In this document: positions 51,284 through 61,810 of the stretch, one piece after another
How positions within the stretch are numbered: the first letter of the stretch is position 1
How the letters are laid out: the number at the start of each line of letters is the position of its first letter
Origin: an uncultured Lachnospiraceae bacterium
GTDB taxonomy: Bacteria; Bacillota; Clostridia; Lachnospirales; Lachnospiraceae
Direction of reading: 5' to 3'
DNA: 64,000 nt
Assembly: GCA_947173945.1 (NCBI GenBank)
Contig: CAMWGV010000010.1
Location: forward strand, 56 to 64,055
Position numbers and translations under genes: made by a program
The notes under the pieces: generated by a model
What the model saw: only the letters and a program-made list of their open reading frames with translations
What the model was told of the DNA's origin: nothing
Database searches by the model: none

Positions 51284-51304
51284 AGTATTCAAAGGAAAAT
51301 AATT

Positions 51305-52006
51305 ATGAAAAAGAAAATAGTACTCATTATAATATTGATAGTACTGCTGATTGGTGGAGTTTATGTAAACAATTTCAGATTGACGGATATTCAGGTGTCC
51401 GGATGTAAGATTGTGGATGAAAAAACAATCATTGAGGCAGTTAAAAATACCGGTTATTCCGGAAATACAATAACACTGTATGTAGGAAATAAGCTGAAAC
51501 CTGTTGAAAATATTCCTTTTGTGGCAAAGCTGGACGTGGAGTACATATCCAAAAACAAGGTTTCTGTAACAGTGTATGAAAAATCAATTGCCGGTTGTGT
51601 GGCATATATGGATTCGTATGTGTTTTTTGATAAGGATGGCATAATACTCGAGTCTGCATCTGATATGATAGAAGGCATTCCCTGCATAAGGGGACTTGAG
51701 TTTGAAAGCTGGGAGAAAGGACAAAAGCTCCCTATAAATGAGGATAAGAAGTTTCAATATATTCTCACTATCACACAGCTCGTTGAAAAATATGGGTTGG
51801 AAATTGACAGCATAAGATTTACAGCAGAGGATGAAATAATTTTAATGCATGGTGGTATCACCATAGAACTGGGAGAGGGGGAATACCTGGCAGTACAGCT
51901 TATGAATCTGGGAAGTATCCTGGAGAAACTTAACGGGTTGGAAGGAACCTTGCATATGAAGGACTTTGACAACGATATGGCAACCGCAAGCTTTAGCAGG
52001 AAATAA
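51305..52006 (+). CDS. ftsQ: Cell division protein FtsQ/DivIB
   Basis: N-terminal TM plus POTRA-like region; position between ftsW and ftsZ. Confidence 0.75.
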   Translation: MKKKIVLIIILIVLLIGGVYVNNFRLTDIQVSGCKIVDEKTIIEAVKNTGYSGNTITLYVGNKLKPVENIPFVAKLDVEYISKNKVSVTVYEKSIAGCVAYMDSYVFFDKDGIILESASDMIEGIPCIRGLEFESWEKGQKLPINEDKKFQYILTITQLVEKYGLEIDSIRFTAEDEIILMHGGITIELGEGEYLAVQLMNLGSILEKLNGLEGTLHMKDFDNDMATASFSRK

Positions 52007-52130
52007 TAAGAAATAGTAAAATATCTATTGATTATTTCGCTAAAAAATTATATTATTAATAATAATGCAAAAATGTAGCTAATTAACCAATTTATTTTTA
52101 ATATGAAGTACAATAAAGGAGGAAGATACC

Positions 52131-53333
52131 TTGCTTGAAATAAAATCAAACGATGAAAAAACCCCTGCAAGAATACTCGTTATTGGAGTAGGTGGAGCAG
52201 GAAACAACGCAGTAAACAGAATGATAGACGAAAATGTAGAGGGTGTTGAGCTTATAGCAATCAATACCGATAAGCAGATATTGTCACAGAGTAGGGCAAC
52301 AACTAAGATTCAGATAGGTGAGAAGCTTACAAAAGGTCTTGGAGCCGGAGCTAAGCCAGAGATTGGCGCAAGTGCTGTTGAGGAAAACAGAGAAGAAATA
52401 ACTGACATTATGAAGGATGCCAACATGGTATTTGTAACATGTGGTATGGGTGGCGGTACCGGAACAGGTGCAGCTCCTGTAGTTGCAGAGATTGCGAGAA
52501 ATCTTGGTATTCTTACAGTAGGTGTTGTAACAAGACCGTTTTCATTCGAAGGAAAGCCTAGAATGAACAATGCTGTTAACGGTATTGCAAAGCTTAAGGA
52601 AAACGTAGATACTCTTATAGTAATACCAAATGACAAGCTTTTGCAGATATGCGATAAGCGTACAAGCATACCTGAGGCACTCAAAAAGGCGGATGAAGTT
52701 CTTCAACAGGGTGTACAGGGTGTTACAGACCTTATCAATAAGCCGGGACTTATCAACCTTGACTTTGCTGATATTCAGACAGTTATGCGTGATAAGGGTG
52801 TTGCCCATATAGGTATTGGACGAGCTAGTGGAGACAATAAGGCGGTTGATGCCATTAAGTCTGCAATGGACAGCCCATTGCTTGAGACTACAGTTTCAGG
52901 TGCAACTGACATTATAGTAAACTTTTCAGGTAATATCGGAATTGTTGAAGCATATGATGCTATTACATATCTTACTGAGGTTGCAGGTGACAGTGCAAAC
53001 ATTATATTTGGTACTGTTGACAACGACGTTATGGGCGAGGATGTATGCATAACAATTATTGCAACAGGAATAGAGGGTAAGGCAAACAGAGCTGCTGCAT
53101 CTGCATCAGTTTCAATACCGGCAGGAGGTACTGCTTCAAAGCCTGCGGTTACACCTCTTAAAACGCCTACATATTCGGGACAACCTTTAGCAGGAGCGGG
53201 TGGAAAACAGGCATATACAACTCCAAAGACAGCTGTTCCGGATCTTACAAGTCCGATTAAACCGACTACTGTTAAGCCACAAACCGGCTCTGCCAGTGGA
53301 ATTAAAATACCTGATTTCCTTAAGAGAGGTTAA
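52131..53333 (+). CDS. ftsZ: Cell division protein FtsZ
   Basis: [18 protein letters not shown] and NLDFAD motifs; C-terminal IPDFL peptide. Confidence 0.98.
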   Translation: MLEIKSNDEKTPARILVIGVGGAGNNAVNRMIDENVEGVELIAINTDKQILSQSRATTKIQIGEKLTKGLGAGAKPEIGASAVEENREEITDIMKDANMVFVTCGMGGGTGTGAAPVVAEIARNLGILTVGVVTRPFSFEGKPRMNNAVNGIAKLKENVDTLIVIPNDKLLQICDKRTSIPEALKKADEVLQQGVQGVTDLINKPGLINLDFADIQTVMRDKGVAHIGIGRASGDNKAVDAIKSAMDSPLLETTVSGATDIIVNFSGNIGIVEAYDAITYLTEVAGDSANIIFGTVDNDVMGEDVCITIIATGIEGKANRAAASASVSIPAGGTASKPAVTPLKTPTYSGQPLAGAGGKQAYTTPKTAVPDLTSPIKPTTVKPQTGSASGIKIPDFLKRG

Positions 53334-53343
53334 TCAGAGTTAT

Positions 53344-53381
53344 AAAAATGGGACTATTGTTGTTATCAATAGCCCCATTTT
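53344..53381 (+). terminator. Terminator-like hairpin after ftsZ
   Basis: aaaatggg-actattg...caatag-ccccatttt. Confidence 0.7.
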
Positions 53382-53415
53382 GCATTGTAAATAATTATAA
53401 TTTAGGAGAATTTGC

Positions 53416-56013
53416 ATGAGCATGAATAACACAGGGGATAAGACAGTATATTATGATTCGGCTATGCTTGCAGAAATGGAGAAATCTGCAGGGAAGAAAA
53501 AAAATACAATAGTTATAGTTGATAACAACGGAATAAACGAGATTGATTTAAGTGGATATCAGGATGCGGTTTATACTTTCGGAAGAGCAAATGACAACAG
53601 CATTGTCATAAACTCAGAGATTGTATCGGCACATCACGGTGAGATATATATTACCGGAGGAATATTTTATCTTAAAGATAATAACAGCTCCAATGGTACA
53701 TATATTGCCGGCGGACAGCAGTTTTTTCAGGTGGCACCGGGACAGTATTATGGCGGTGATGGCAGGGATATGGTGGTGCGTCTTGGTACAACACAGGCTA
53801 TGGCAGGCTGCCGCTCTGTTTTGATGCTCTATGACAGTAATGCTACAGATGGCAAATGGAAAACATATAATCTGCATGATGGTGACAACAGTATAGGTAG
53901 AGATCCTTCGTGTGATATAAAAATTAAAAATGTGGCTGTTTCACGTATACATGCAGGAATAAGATGTGCAGGAAATGAGGCATATTTATTCGACAACAAG
54001 TCAACAAATGGTGTATATTTAAACGGAGTGAAAATTGATAAGCCCGTAAGACTGTCGGATAAAGATATTTTTACAATATTAAATACTACTTTTATATGCT
54101 CGGGAAACCAGATTTTTTATAAGGTTAATACAGAGGGAATCAATCTTGAAATAAGAAAGCTGAACAAAGAGGTTCCGGCAAAAAATGGTAAAAAAACCAT
54201 ACTGGATAAGGTTGATTGCAGTATAGGGGCAAATGAATTTGTTGCCATAATAGGTGGGTCAGGAGCAGGAAAAACTACCCTGATGACAGCTATGAGCGGA
54301 TTTGATACGGATATAACCGGTGATGTATACTGCAACGGAATCAATCTCAGAGAAAATTTCCAGACATTAAAAAATGTGATTGGCTTTGTACCTCAACAGG
54401 ATATAATATATGAGAATATAACGCTTAAGAAAATGCTTTATTATACGGCAAAGCTTAAGATGCCTGAGGACACGTCAAAACAGGAAATAGAAGAGCGAAT
54501 ACACGATGTTTTAGAGATGGTTGAACTTTTAGAACATCAGGATACATATATAAGGCGTCTTTCGGGAGGACAGAAGAAAAGGGCCAGCATAGCAGTAGAA
54601 CTGCTTGCAAATCCGGGACTTTTCTTTCTTGATGAGCCAACCTCAGGACTTGATCCCGGAACGGAGCAGCACTTAATGAATACATTAAGTAAGCTGTCCA
54701 AGGAACAGGAAAAGACAATTATCATGGTAACCCATACAACAAATAATCTGCATCTCTGCGATAAGGTTATTATAATGGGTTATGGAGGACGGCTTTGCTA
54801 TTGCGGAAGTCCTGACGGAATAAAGGATTTCTTCAATACTGACGATATAGTTCAGGTATATGATATGATTACCGCCGATACAAAGTCGTGGGAAGCAAGG
54901 TTTAAGTCTTCGGGAATAAATAAGCTTGGAAGCGATACAGGTTCAAGCGCAGGAAAAGAAATAAAAACCAAAAAGGTTAGTAATATCAATCAGTTGTCCG
55001 TTCTTATACGAAGATATGTTACGCTGATTAAAAATGACATAGAAAGGCTGATTATGATATTTGTTCAGCCGGTTTTAATAGGACTTCTCATGGCACTTGT
55101 TGCAGAAAATGGAATTTATGATAAAATGTTTGAGACACGTTCCATTTTATTTGCCCTTATGAGTGCCGGAATATGGATGGGATTGTTTAACACAATTCAG
55201 GAAATTTACAAAGAACGAGTCATATTAAAGAGAGAGTATATGGCAAATCTTAAGTTGCCTCTTTATATGCTGTCAAAGTATATAGTACAGGCATTAATAG
55301 CGGTTATTCAGTCATGTATTCTTGTTGCAACCTTCGTAATAATAGAGGGGGCACCAAAATGTGCCGGTGTTGTAATAGGCAATCCTACGGTTGAAATGAT
55401 AGTAACAATTTTTGTTACCATATATGTTTCAGCAGGCTTTGGTCTTCTTATTTCGGCAATATCGAAAAATGGAGACCGTGCTATGTCAATAGCACCGTTT
55501 ATACTTATTATACAGCTCCTGTTTTCAGGTATATTATTCTCCTTAAACGGAGTAACGGATAAGGTTTCATATTTTACATTCAGTAGATGGTCTATGGAGG
55601 CTCTTGGAAGCACAAACGACCTGAATGGACTTATTCCTGTCGGTAAGGAAGATGCAGATAAGGCGAAAGAGGAAGCTAAGGACAAGCAGGAGGAGCTTGT
55701 GAATGACTGTAATGAAATGATTGCCGACATGCAGGCTGAATATGATTCAACCATAAATGATTTGCAGAATATGGTAGAGAACTATTCTGCAATCGCAGGC
55801 GACCCACAAAGCTTCGATGAGTTTGTATCGGAAAAAACGGAGGTTGAACTTCCGGAGGACGAGGAGGAAGCCGAGGATAGTGAGGACGACAAAATGTTTG
55901 TAAGAACAAAAAAGCATGTGATGTCATGCTGGGGAATACTGTTTGGAGTGACATTTATATTTGCAGGAGCAAGTATAGCTGTTCTTACAAGGCTAAAGGA
56001 TGAACAAAGATAG
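53416..56013 (+). CDS. Tandem-FHA ABC exporter (FHA-FHA-NBD-ABC2 TMD; Rv1747-like architecture)
   Basis: FHA motifs FGRAND...SAHH...SNGT and IGRDPS...SRIHA...TNG; GGSGAGKT, LSGGQ and LDEPT; ABC2 TMD. Confidence 0.9.
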   Translation: MSMNNTGDKTVYYDSAMLAEMEKSAGKKKNTIVIVDNNGINEIDLSGYQDAVYTFGRANDNSIVINSEIVSAHHGEIYITGGIFYLKDNNSSNGTYIAGGQQFFQVAPGQYYGGDGRDMVVRLGTTQAMAGCRSVLMLYDSNATDGKWKTYNLHDGDNSIGRDPSCDIKIKNVAVSRIHAGIRCAGNEAYLFDNKSTNGVYLNGVKIDKPVRLSDKDIFTILNTTFICSGNQIFYKVNTEGINLEIRKLNKEVPAKNGKKTILDKVDCSIGANEFVAIIGGSGAGKTTLMTAMSGFDTDITGDVYCNGINLRENFQTLKNVIGFVPQQDIIYENITLKKMLYYTAKLKMPEDTSKQEIEERIHDVLEMVELLEHQDTYIRRLSGGQKKRASIAVELLANPGLFFLDEPTSGLDPGTEQHLMNTLSKLSKEQEKTIIMVTHTTNNLHLCDKVIIMGYGGRLCYCGSPDGIKDFFNTDDIVQVYDMITADTKSWEARFKSSGINKLGSDTGSSAGKEIKTKKVSNINQLSVLIRRYVTLIKNDIERLIMIFVQPVLIGLLMALVAENGIYDKMFETRSILFALMSAGIWMGLFNTIQEIYKERVILKREYMANLKLPLYMLSKYIVQALIAVIQSCILVATFVIIEGAPKCAGVVIGNPTVEMIVTIFVTIYVSAGFGLLISAISKNGDRAMSIAPFILIIQLLFSGILFSLNGVTDKVSYFTFSRWSMEALGSTNDLNGLIPVGKEDADKAKEEAKDKQEELVNDCNEMIADMQAEYDSTINDLQNMVENYSAIAGDPQSFDEFVSEKTEVELPEDEEEAEDSEDDKMFVRTKKHVMSCWGILFGVTFIFAGASIAVLTRLKDEQR

Positions 56014-56024
56014 GAGAGAACAAA

Positions 56025-57119
56025 ATGTCTGTTGAGGCAATAGCGAATCATGATGAAATAAAAATTAAATCAATAAAGGGCGGAGAACTTGCGGAAAAGA
56101 AAGTAAAATCCCAAAAATCCCAGTTTGATGATTTGCTTGAAAGCGAATCAAATAAGCTGTCACAGGCAAGGGGAAAAACCTATAATCTGAAAGATATATT
56201 TGCTGAGGCCGCCCAAAAATACGGCTTGAGACAGGATTTGCTTGAGTCGATAGGTTATCATGAGTCCAGATTTCAAGCAGGTGTAACCTCAAGTGCAGGA
56301 GCTATGGGAATTATGCAGCTTATGCCGGGAACAGCCCGTGCAATGGGTGTTAACAATGCTTATGATCCATATGAAAATATAATGGGAGCAGCCAAGCTTT
56401 TAAAAAATCTTTCTGATTTATACAATGGAGACCTTAAGCTTACGTTGGCTGCATATAGTGCAGGTACTGGAAATGTTGCAAAATACGGAGGCGTTCCCCC
56501 TTTTGCAGAGACACAGAATTATGTTGCAGATATTTTAAAAATGCTCGAGTCCGGTAAAAGTTATCTGGAATCTTCCGGTACAGTAAGTGTTGTTTCAAAT
56601 GAAAAGGATAATACTTCCGCAGGTGTGAAAACTGCCAACAGCACAAAGTCTTCTACGTCAGTTCAAAATAATGTGAATGACAACAACGCTGTTAAGGTGC
56701 AAAGTAACAGTAGTACTACTAATAATACTAATACTATTGCAAATAATACTAGTAATGCTACTAACAATACTACAACAGTAAAAAATAACACAGATACTGC
56801 AACGGTTCAAAATAATACAAATACATCCGTATACTCCTCACAGGGTCTTGATAAATATTTTTCCTATACGGAATATGATTTGCTTATGCAGTATTTTTCG
56901 CAGATGCTCAAAATAATATCAAGTATAGGAGATACAGATTTTTCGTCTGATGACGAAGATGATTCTCTTGCAGATTTGTACAATTTGAGTATGCAGCAGA
57001 GGTTGGGAACATTATATACAAATGGTCAGAATATTTCGACTACAACCTCACAACTACATACAACTACTATGTCAGATGTAGCTGCAAAATATATGGCAGC
57101 ATCTAATATGTTGAAGTAG
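56025..57119 (+). CDS. Lytic transglycosylase (SLT) with N/T/S-rich low-complexity region
   Basis: HESRF, GAMGIMQLMPGTA, AAYSAG and PFAETQNYV motifs. Confidence 0.9.
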   Translation: MSVEAIANHDEIKIKSIKGGELAEKKVKSQKSQFDDLLESESNKLSQARGKTYNLKDIFAEAAQKYGLRQDLLESIGYHESRFQAGVTSSAGAMGIMQLMPGTARAMGVNNAYDPYENIMGAAKLLKNLSDLYNGDLKLTLAAYSAGTGNVAKYGGVPPFAETQNYVADILKMLESGKSYLESSGTVSVVSNEKDNTSAGVKTANSTKSSTSVQNNVNDNNAVKVQSNSSTTNNTNTIANNTSNATNNTTTVKNNTDTATVQNNTNTSVYSSQGLDKYFSYTEYDLLMQYFSQMLKIISSIGDTDFSSDDEDDSLADLYNLSMQQRLGTLYTNGQNISTTTSQLHTTTMSDVAAKYMAASNMLK

Positions 57120-57137
57120 TAAGTATGGGAGGATATT

Positions 57138-58640
57138 ATGAGATACATCGCTAACAGCGAAGAAATGGCACTGATTGATAAATATACAATAGAGGAAATT
57201 GGAATACCACAGATGGTTCTCATGGAAAGAGCTGCAATCGGTGTGTTTGACTTCATAAAAAGCAGATTTCAAAATGATATAAAAACACTCATAGTAGTTG
57301 AGGGTGGAAACAATGGTGCTGATGGACTTGCACTTGCGAGATTGATGTCAGGTAAAGGATATGATACTGAGGTTTATTATGTAAATGATATAAGTAAGGT
57401 GTCAGAAGGCTTTAGTAAGCAGTATGCTATAGCAAAAAATCTTGGAGTAAAGTTTGTAGATGAGATCGTTAATTATGGATATGATCTGATTGTGGATGCT
57501 ATGTTTGGTGTGGGACTTTCACGTGCCATTATGGGAAAACATGCAGAGACAATCAATATCATAAACGAGATAAAGGCATATAAGCTTGCAGTTGATATTT
57601 CATCCGGTATCGATGCATCAACGGGCTTTGTTCTGGGTACGGCATTTCATGCTGATACAACAGTGACATTCGGACTTTCAAAGCTTGGACATATGATGAG
57701 TATTGGCAATGAATATAGTGGACAGATTGAGATTGTTGACATAGGCTTTCCGCAAAAGGCAGTTGAATTCATATGCCCTAAGCTTTACACCTATGACAAT
57801 ACGGATGTGGATAGACTTTTACCATTCAGAAAGTCGGATTCACACAAGGGAAGCTACGGTAAAATAGGAATCGTAGGAGGCTGTAAAAATATGGCGGGAG
57901 CTGCATTGTTTGCTGCTGAATCAGCATACAGAATGGGCTGTGGATTGGTCAGAATATGTACTCCATCTGACAATAGGGAGATTATGCAGACAAAGCTTCC
58001 GGAAGCCATGCTTACAACATATGAAAGTAATGACATAAGCTCTGTAAAGAATGCAATTAAGACCATGACGTCATGGTGTGATGTTATTGCATTAGGTCCT
58101 GGACTTGGAAGAGAGGAACCGGCTGGTTTTATAGTAGAGCGTATACTGAGAGATTTTGAAAAAACGATTGTAATCGATGCGGATGCATTAAATATTTTGT
58201 CCGAAAATATGGAATGGCTGAAATATACAAAAGCAAAGATTATAATTACACCACATCTTATGGAGATGTCAAGGTTGACAGGACATAAGACAAGTGATAT
58301 AAAGGGAAATAAATTTGATGAGGCAAGAAAGTTTGCCGCACAGCATAATATAGTTGTAGTCCTTAAGGATGCACGAACGATAGTATCTAATGGGGAGGAG
58401 CAGGCATATATTAATAGTACAGGAAACAATGGAATGGCTACGGGAGGCTCGGGAGATGTTCTTACCGGAATCATTGCCAGTCTTGTAGGTCAGGGCATGA
58501 ATATTTTTGAGGCTGCAAAGCTGGGTGTTTATATGCATGGACTGACTGGTCAGGAAGCATCCATATCTATGGGAAGATACAGTGTTATTGCAGGGGATAT
58601 AGTGAGAAGTATAACCAGGGTTCTGGAAAATATGGATTAG
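57138..58640 (+). CDS. nnr: Bifunctional NAD(P)H-hydrate epimerase/dehydratase
   Basis: GNNGADG, DAMFGVG, HKGSYG, GPGLG, IDADAL, TPHLME and ATGGSGDVL motifs. Confidence 0.93.
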   Translation: MRYIANSEEMALIDKYTIEEIGIPQMVLMERAAIGVFDFIKSRFQNDIKTLIVVEGGNNGADGLALARLMSGKGYDTEVYYVNDISKVSEGFSKQYAIAKNLGVKFVDEIVNYGYDLIVDAMFGVGLSRAIMGKHAETINIINEIKAYKLAVDISSGIDASTGFVLGTAFHADTTVTFGLSKLGHMMSIGNEYSGQIEIVDIGFPQKAVEFICPKLYTYDNTDVDRLLPFRKSDSHKGSYGKIGIVGGCKNMAGAALFAAESAYRMGCGLVRICTPSDNREIMQTKLPEAMLTTYESNDISSVKNAIKTMTSWCDVIALGPGLGREEPAGFIVERILRDFEKTIVIDADALNILSENMEWLKYTKAKIIITPHLMEMSRLTGHKTSDIKGNKFDEARKFAAQHNIVVVLKDARTIVSNGEEQAYINSTGNNGMATGGSGDVLTGIIASLVGQGMNIFEAAKLGVYMHGLTGQEASISMGRYSVIAGDIVRSITRVLENMD

Positions 58641-58650
58641 GAGATACAAA

Positions 58651-59805
58651 ATGTATAACAGGATATATGCAGAGATAAATGTAGATAATATCCGTCATAA
58701 TATATTAACTGTAAAGGCGCTTAATAAGCCGGATATTAAGGTTTTGTCCGTTATCAAGGCAGATGCATATGGACATGGCTCCGTGGAGCTGGCAAAAAGA
58801 ATAGGAGATATATCAGACTATTTTGGTGTTGCCACCATAGATGAGGCAGTGGAGCTTAGGAAGGCAGATATTAAGCATCCGATACTTATTATTGGATATA
58901 CAGCTCCTGATGACTATGATAAACTTATTGATTATAACATCACTCAGACAGTATATAATGTAAGTGATGCAGAGCTTTTGGCAGAGACTGCTAAAAGCAA
59001 GGGGCATAATGCCCGGATACATATAAAGGTTGACACAGGAATGACGCGTATAGGCTTTCAGGTGACTGGGGAGGATGCGGATGCCGTTGCATATATATCA
59101 GGGCTTGATGGCATATATGTGGAAGGAATATTTACACACTATGCAAAGGCGGATGAGAAGGAAAAAAAATATGCAAAGCAGCAGAAAAAAGAGTTTCAGA
59201 CATTTATTGATATGCTTCAAAAAAGAGGTGTAAATCCGGAAATAAAGCACATAGATAACAGCGCAGGTGCAATGGAGCTTCAAGATGATGAATTTGATAT
59301 GATTAGACTAGGTATCGTCATGTATGGTCTTTATCCGTCTGAGGAGATTGATAAGTCAGTTTACATAAAACCTGCAATGATGCTGAAGGCTCATGTGTCA
59401 CATGTAAAAACTGTTTCGGCAGGCAGGGGAATAAGCTATGGCTGGACATTTATAACTGATAGAGATACAAGAGTAGCTACAATTACCGCCGGATATGCTG
59501 ACGGATATCCGAGAGCAATGTCGAATATAGGGCGTGTTATTATAAATGGTTGTTATGCGCCTATTTTGGGCAGAGTATGTATGGACCAGTTTATGGTGGA
59601 TGTTACCGATATTCCCAATGTACAGGTAAAGGATGAGGTTATACTCATAGGCAGACAGGGGGAGGCATGTGTGTCGGTTGAGGAGGTAGCTGCACCGGCA
59701 GTAAGTTTTAATTACGAACTTGTATGCAACATTTCAAGGAGAGTTCCAAGAGTTTATGTGCAGTCCGGTGTGGAGGATAAATGCGTAAACTATCTTGTTC
59801 GCTAG
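58651..59805 (+). CDS. alr: Alanine racemase
   Basis: VIKADAYGHG, KVDTGMTRIG, GYADGY, GRVCMDQ and YELVC motifs. Confidence 0.96.
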   Translation: MYNRIYAEINVDNIRHNILTVKALNKPDIKVLSVIKADAYGHGSVELAKRIGDISDYFGVATIDEAVELRKADIKHPILIIGYTAPDDYDKLIDYNITQTVYNVSDAELLAETAKSKGHNARIHIKVDTGMTRIGFQVTGEDADAVAYISGLDGIYVEGIFTHYAKADEKEKKYAKQQKKEFQTFIDMLQKRGVNPEIKHIDNSAGAMELQDDEFDMIRLGIVMYGLYPSEEIDKSVYIKPAMMLKAHVSHVKTVSAGRGISYGWTFITDRDTRVATITAGYADGYPRAMSNIGRVIINGCYAPILGRVCMDQFMVDVTDIPNVQVKDEVILIGRQGEACVSVEEVAAPAVSFNYELVCNISRRVPRVYVQSGVEDKCVNYLVR

Positions 59806-59874
59806 AATGTATATACAATCTGATTAATGGCAATACTTTGAATAGTTAGAAATAACATTGGGAGTGTGAAATAT

Positions 59875-60216
59875 TTGATAATCAGACGAGGAGATATATA
59901 TTATGCAGATTTAAGACCTGTAATTGGGTCTGAGCAGGGCGGAATTCGTCCAGTACTTATTATACAGAATGAAGCAGGTAATAAACATAGCTCTACAGTC
60001 ATTATAGCAGCAATTACATCACAACTTCACAAGGCAAAGCTTCCAACTCATGTGGAAATTGATGCAAGGTGTTGCGATATAGCTAAGGATTCTGTTATAC
60101 TGTTAGAGCAGCTAAGAACGATTGACAAACAAAGACTCAAGGAAAAGGTGTGTCATTTGGAGCCGCAAATTATAAAAAGGGTAAATGAGGCACTTAAGGT
60201 AAGCCTTGAATTATAA
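59875..60216 (+). CDS. mazF: MazF/PemK-family endoribonuclease (NdoA-like)
   Basis: [36 protein letters not shown] and LEQLRTIDK motifs. Probable TTG start at 59875 after gggag (track start 59866). Confidence 0.92.
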   Translation: MIIRRGDIYYADLRPVIGSEQGGIRPVLIIQNEAGNKHSSTVIIAAITSQLHKAKLPTHVEIDARCCDIAKDSVILLEQLRTIDKQRLKEKVCHLEPQIIKRVNEALKVSLEL

Positions 60217-60231
60217 TAAAGGAGAAACAAT

Positions 60232-61074
60232 ATGTCCCAAAGTGGTCCCAGTAGCTTAAAGAAGTTATTTGCAAAAAGGGTAAATGAGGAAAAGGTAGAG
60301 GAAGAAATCCTTTCCATGGTAGAGGAAGGACATGAACAAGGTGTCATAGAAGACAGTGAGGTTGAAATGATATCCAATATCTTTGAATTTGGTGATAAAG
60401 ATGCCAAGGATATTATGACAAGCCGGCAGAAGATTATAGCAATGGAAAATATTATTACGGTTGATGAGGCACTGAAATATGCACTTGAAAATTCTTTCTC
60501 CAGATATCCTGTATATGAGGAGGATATAGACAATATTATCGGTGTGATACACCTTAAGGATTTGATAGCTGCGTATTTGGAAAATCAGCATGCATCAATC
60601 ACCACAGTAATGGATGATCCCATATTCATACATCCTACATTTAATATATCGAAGCTGCTTCAGAAGATGCAGACGGAAAAGATACATATGGCAATTGTTG
60701 TTGATGAGTATGGACAGACCGAGGGTCTTGTTGCAATGGAGGATATTATTGAGGAGATAGTAGGTAATATCCTGGATGAGCATGACGATGAGGAGGAACC
60801 AAATATACGACATCTCAAGGATGGAAGAATGATTGTTCAGGGAACAGCTTCATTAGATGAGCTTGCAGATGTGATGGATGTGGAGTTCCCGGATGAGGAT
60901 ATAGAAACACTGAACGGATTTTTGCTCTATAAGCTGGGCAGGCTTCCGGTCGAACACGAAAAAACGGAAATAATTTATGAAGGATATAAATTTACACCAA
61001 TAAAAATATGTGATAAAATGATTACTCTAATTAAAATTGAGAAATCATCGGAAGAAAATGAGGATAAGGAGTAG
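60232..61074 (+). CDS. CBS-pair/CorC-HlyC domain protein (no N-terminal TM region)
   Basis: [30 protein letters not shown] and TLNGF motifs. Confidence 0.88.
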   Translation: MSQSGPSSLKKLFAKRVNEEKVEEEILSMVEEGHEQGVIEDSEVEMISNIFEFGDKDAKDIMTSRQKIIAMENIITVDEALKYALENSFSRYPVYEEDIDNIIGVIHLKDLIAAYLENQHASITTVMDDPIFIHPTFNISKLLQKMQTEKIHMAIVVDEYGQTEGLVAMEDIIEEIVGNILDEHDDEEEPNIRHLKDGRMIVQGTASLDELADVMDVEFPDEDIETLNGFLLYKLGRLPVEHEKTEIIYEGYKFTPIKICDKMITLIKIEKSSEENEDKE

Positions 61075-61079
61075 ATAAA

Positions 61080-61808
61080 ATGTCTGGACATTCGAAATTT
61101 GCTAACATTAAACACAAGAAGGAAAAAAACGATGCAGCGAAAGGAAAGATTTTTACAATTATTGGAAGAGAAATCGCTGTAGCTGTTAAGGAGGGGGGAC
61201 CAGACCCTGCAAATAACAGTAAACTTCGTGATGTTATAGCAAAGGCAAAGGCAAACAATATGCCAAATGATACCATTGATAGGGGTATAAAGAAAGCAGC
61301 AGGAGACGCAGGAGCAGTAAATTATGTGTCGATTACATATGAGGGATATGGACCAAGCGGAACAGCTATAATTGTAAATGCGCTTACGGATAACAAGAAC
61401 AGAACAGCTTCAAACGTAAGAAATGCATTTACGAAAGGAGGCGGAAACGTAGGTACCACAGGTTGCGTGTCATACATGTTTGATGAAAAGGGGCAGATAA
61501 TTATAGATAAACAAGAGTGTGACCGAGACCCTGATGAACTTATGATGCTTGTCCTGGATGCAGGTGCGGAAGATTTTGCAGACGAGGAGGACAGCTACGA
61601 GATAATTACTGCTCCTGTCGATTTCACTGCTGTGAGAGAAGCTCTTGAAAAAGAGGGAATAGCTATGGCGGAGGCAGAGGTGACAATGATACCTCAGAAT
61701 TACGTTGAGCTTACAAGTGAGGATGACATTAAAAAAATGACAAGAATACTTGATATGCTGGATGAAGATGATGACGTTCAGAGTGTATATCATAATTGGG
61801 ACGAATAG
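61080..61808 (+). CDS. yebC: YebC/PmpR-family protein
   Basis: [22 protein letters not shown] and [10 protein letters not shown] motifs. Confidence 0.95.
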   Translation: MSGHSKFANIKHKKEKNDAAKGKIFTIIGREIAVAVKEGGPDPANNSKLRDVIAKAKANNMPNDTIDRGIKKAAGDAGAVNYVSITYEGYGPSGTAIIVNALTDNKNRTASNVRNAFTKGGGNVGTTGCVSYMFDEKGQIIIDKQECDRDPDELMMLVLDAGAEDFADEEDSYEIITAPVDFTAVREALEKEGIAMAEAEVTMIPQNYVELTSEDDIKKMTRILDMLDEDDDVQSVYHNWDE

Positions 61809-61810
61809 GT

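Noticed and set aside
56640-56830. aataatact-like micro-repeats as a separate repeat element
   Set aside because: They encode the N/T-rich low-complexity linker of the SLT protein
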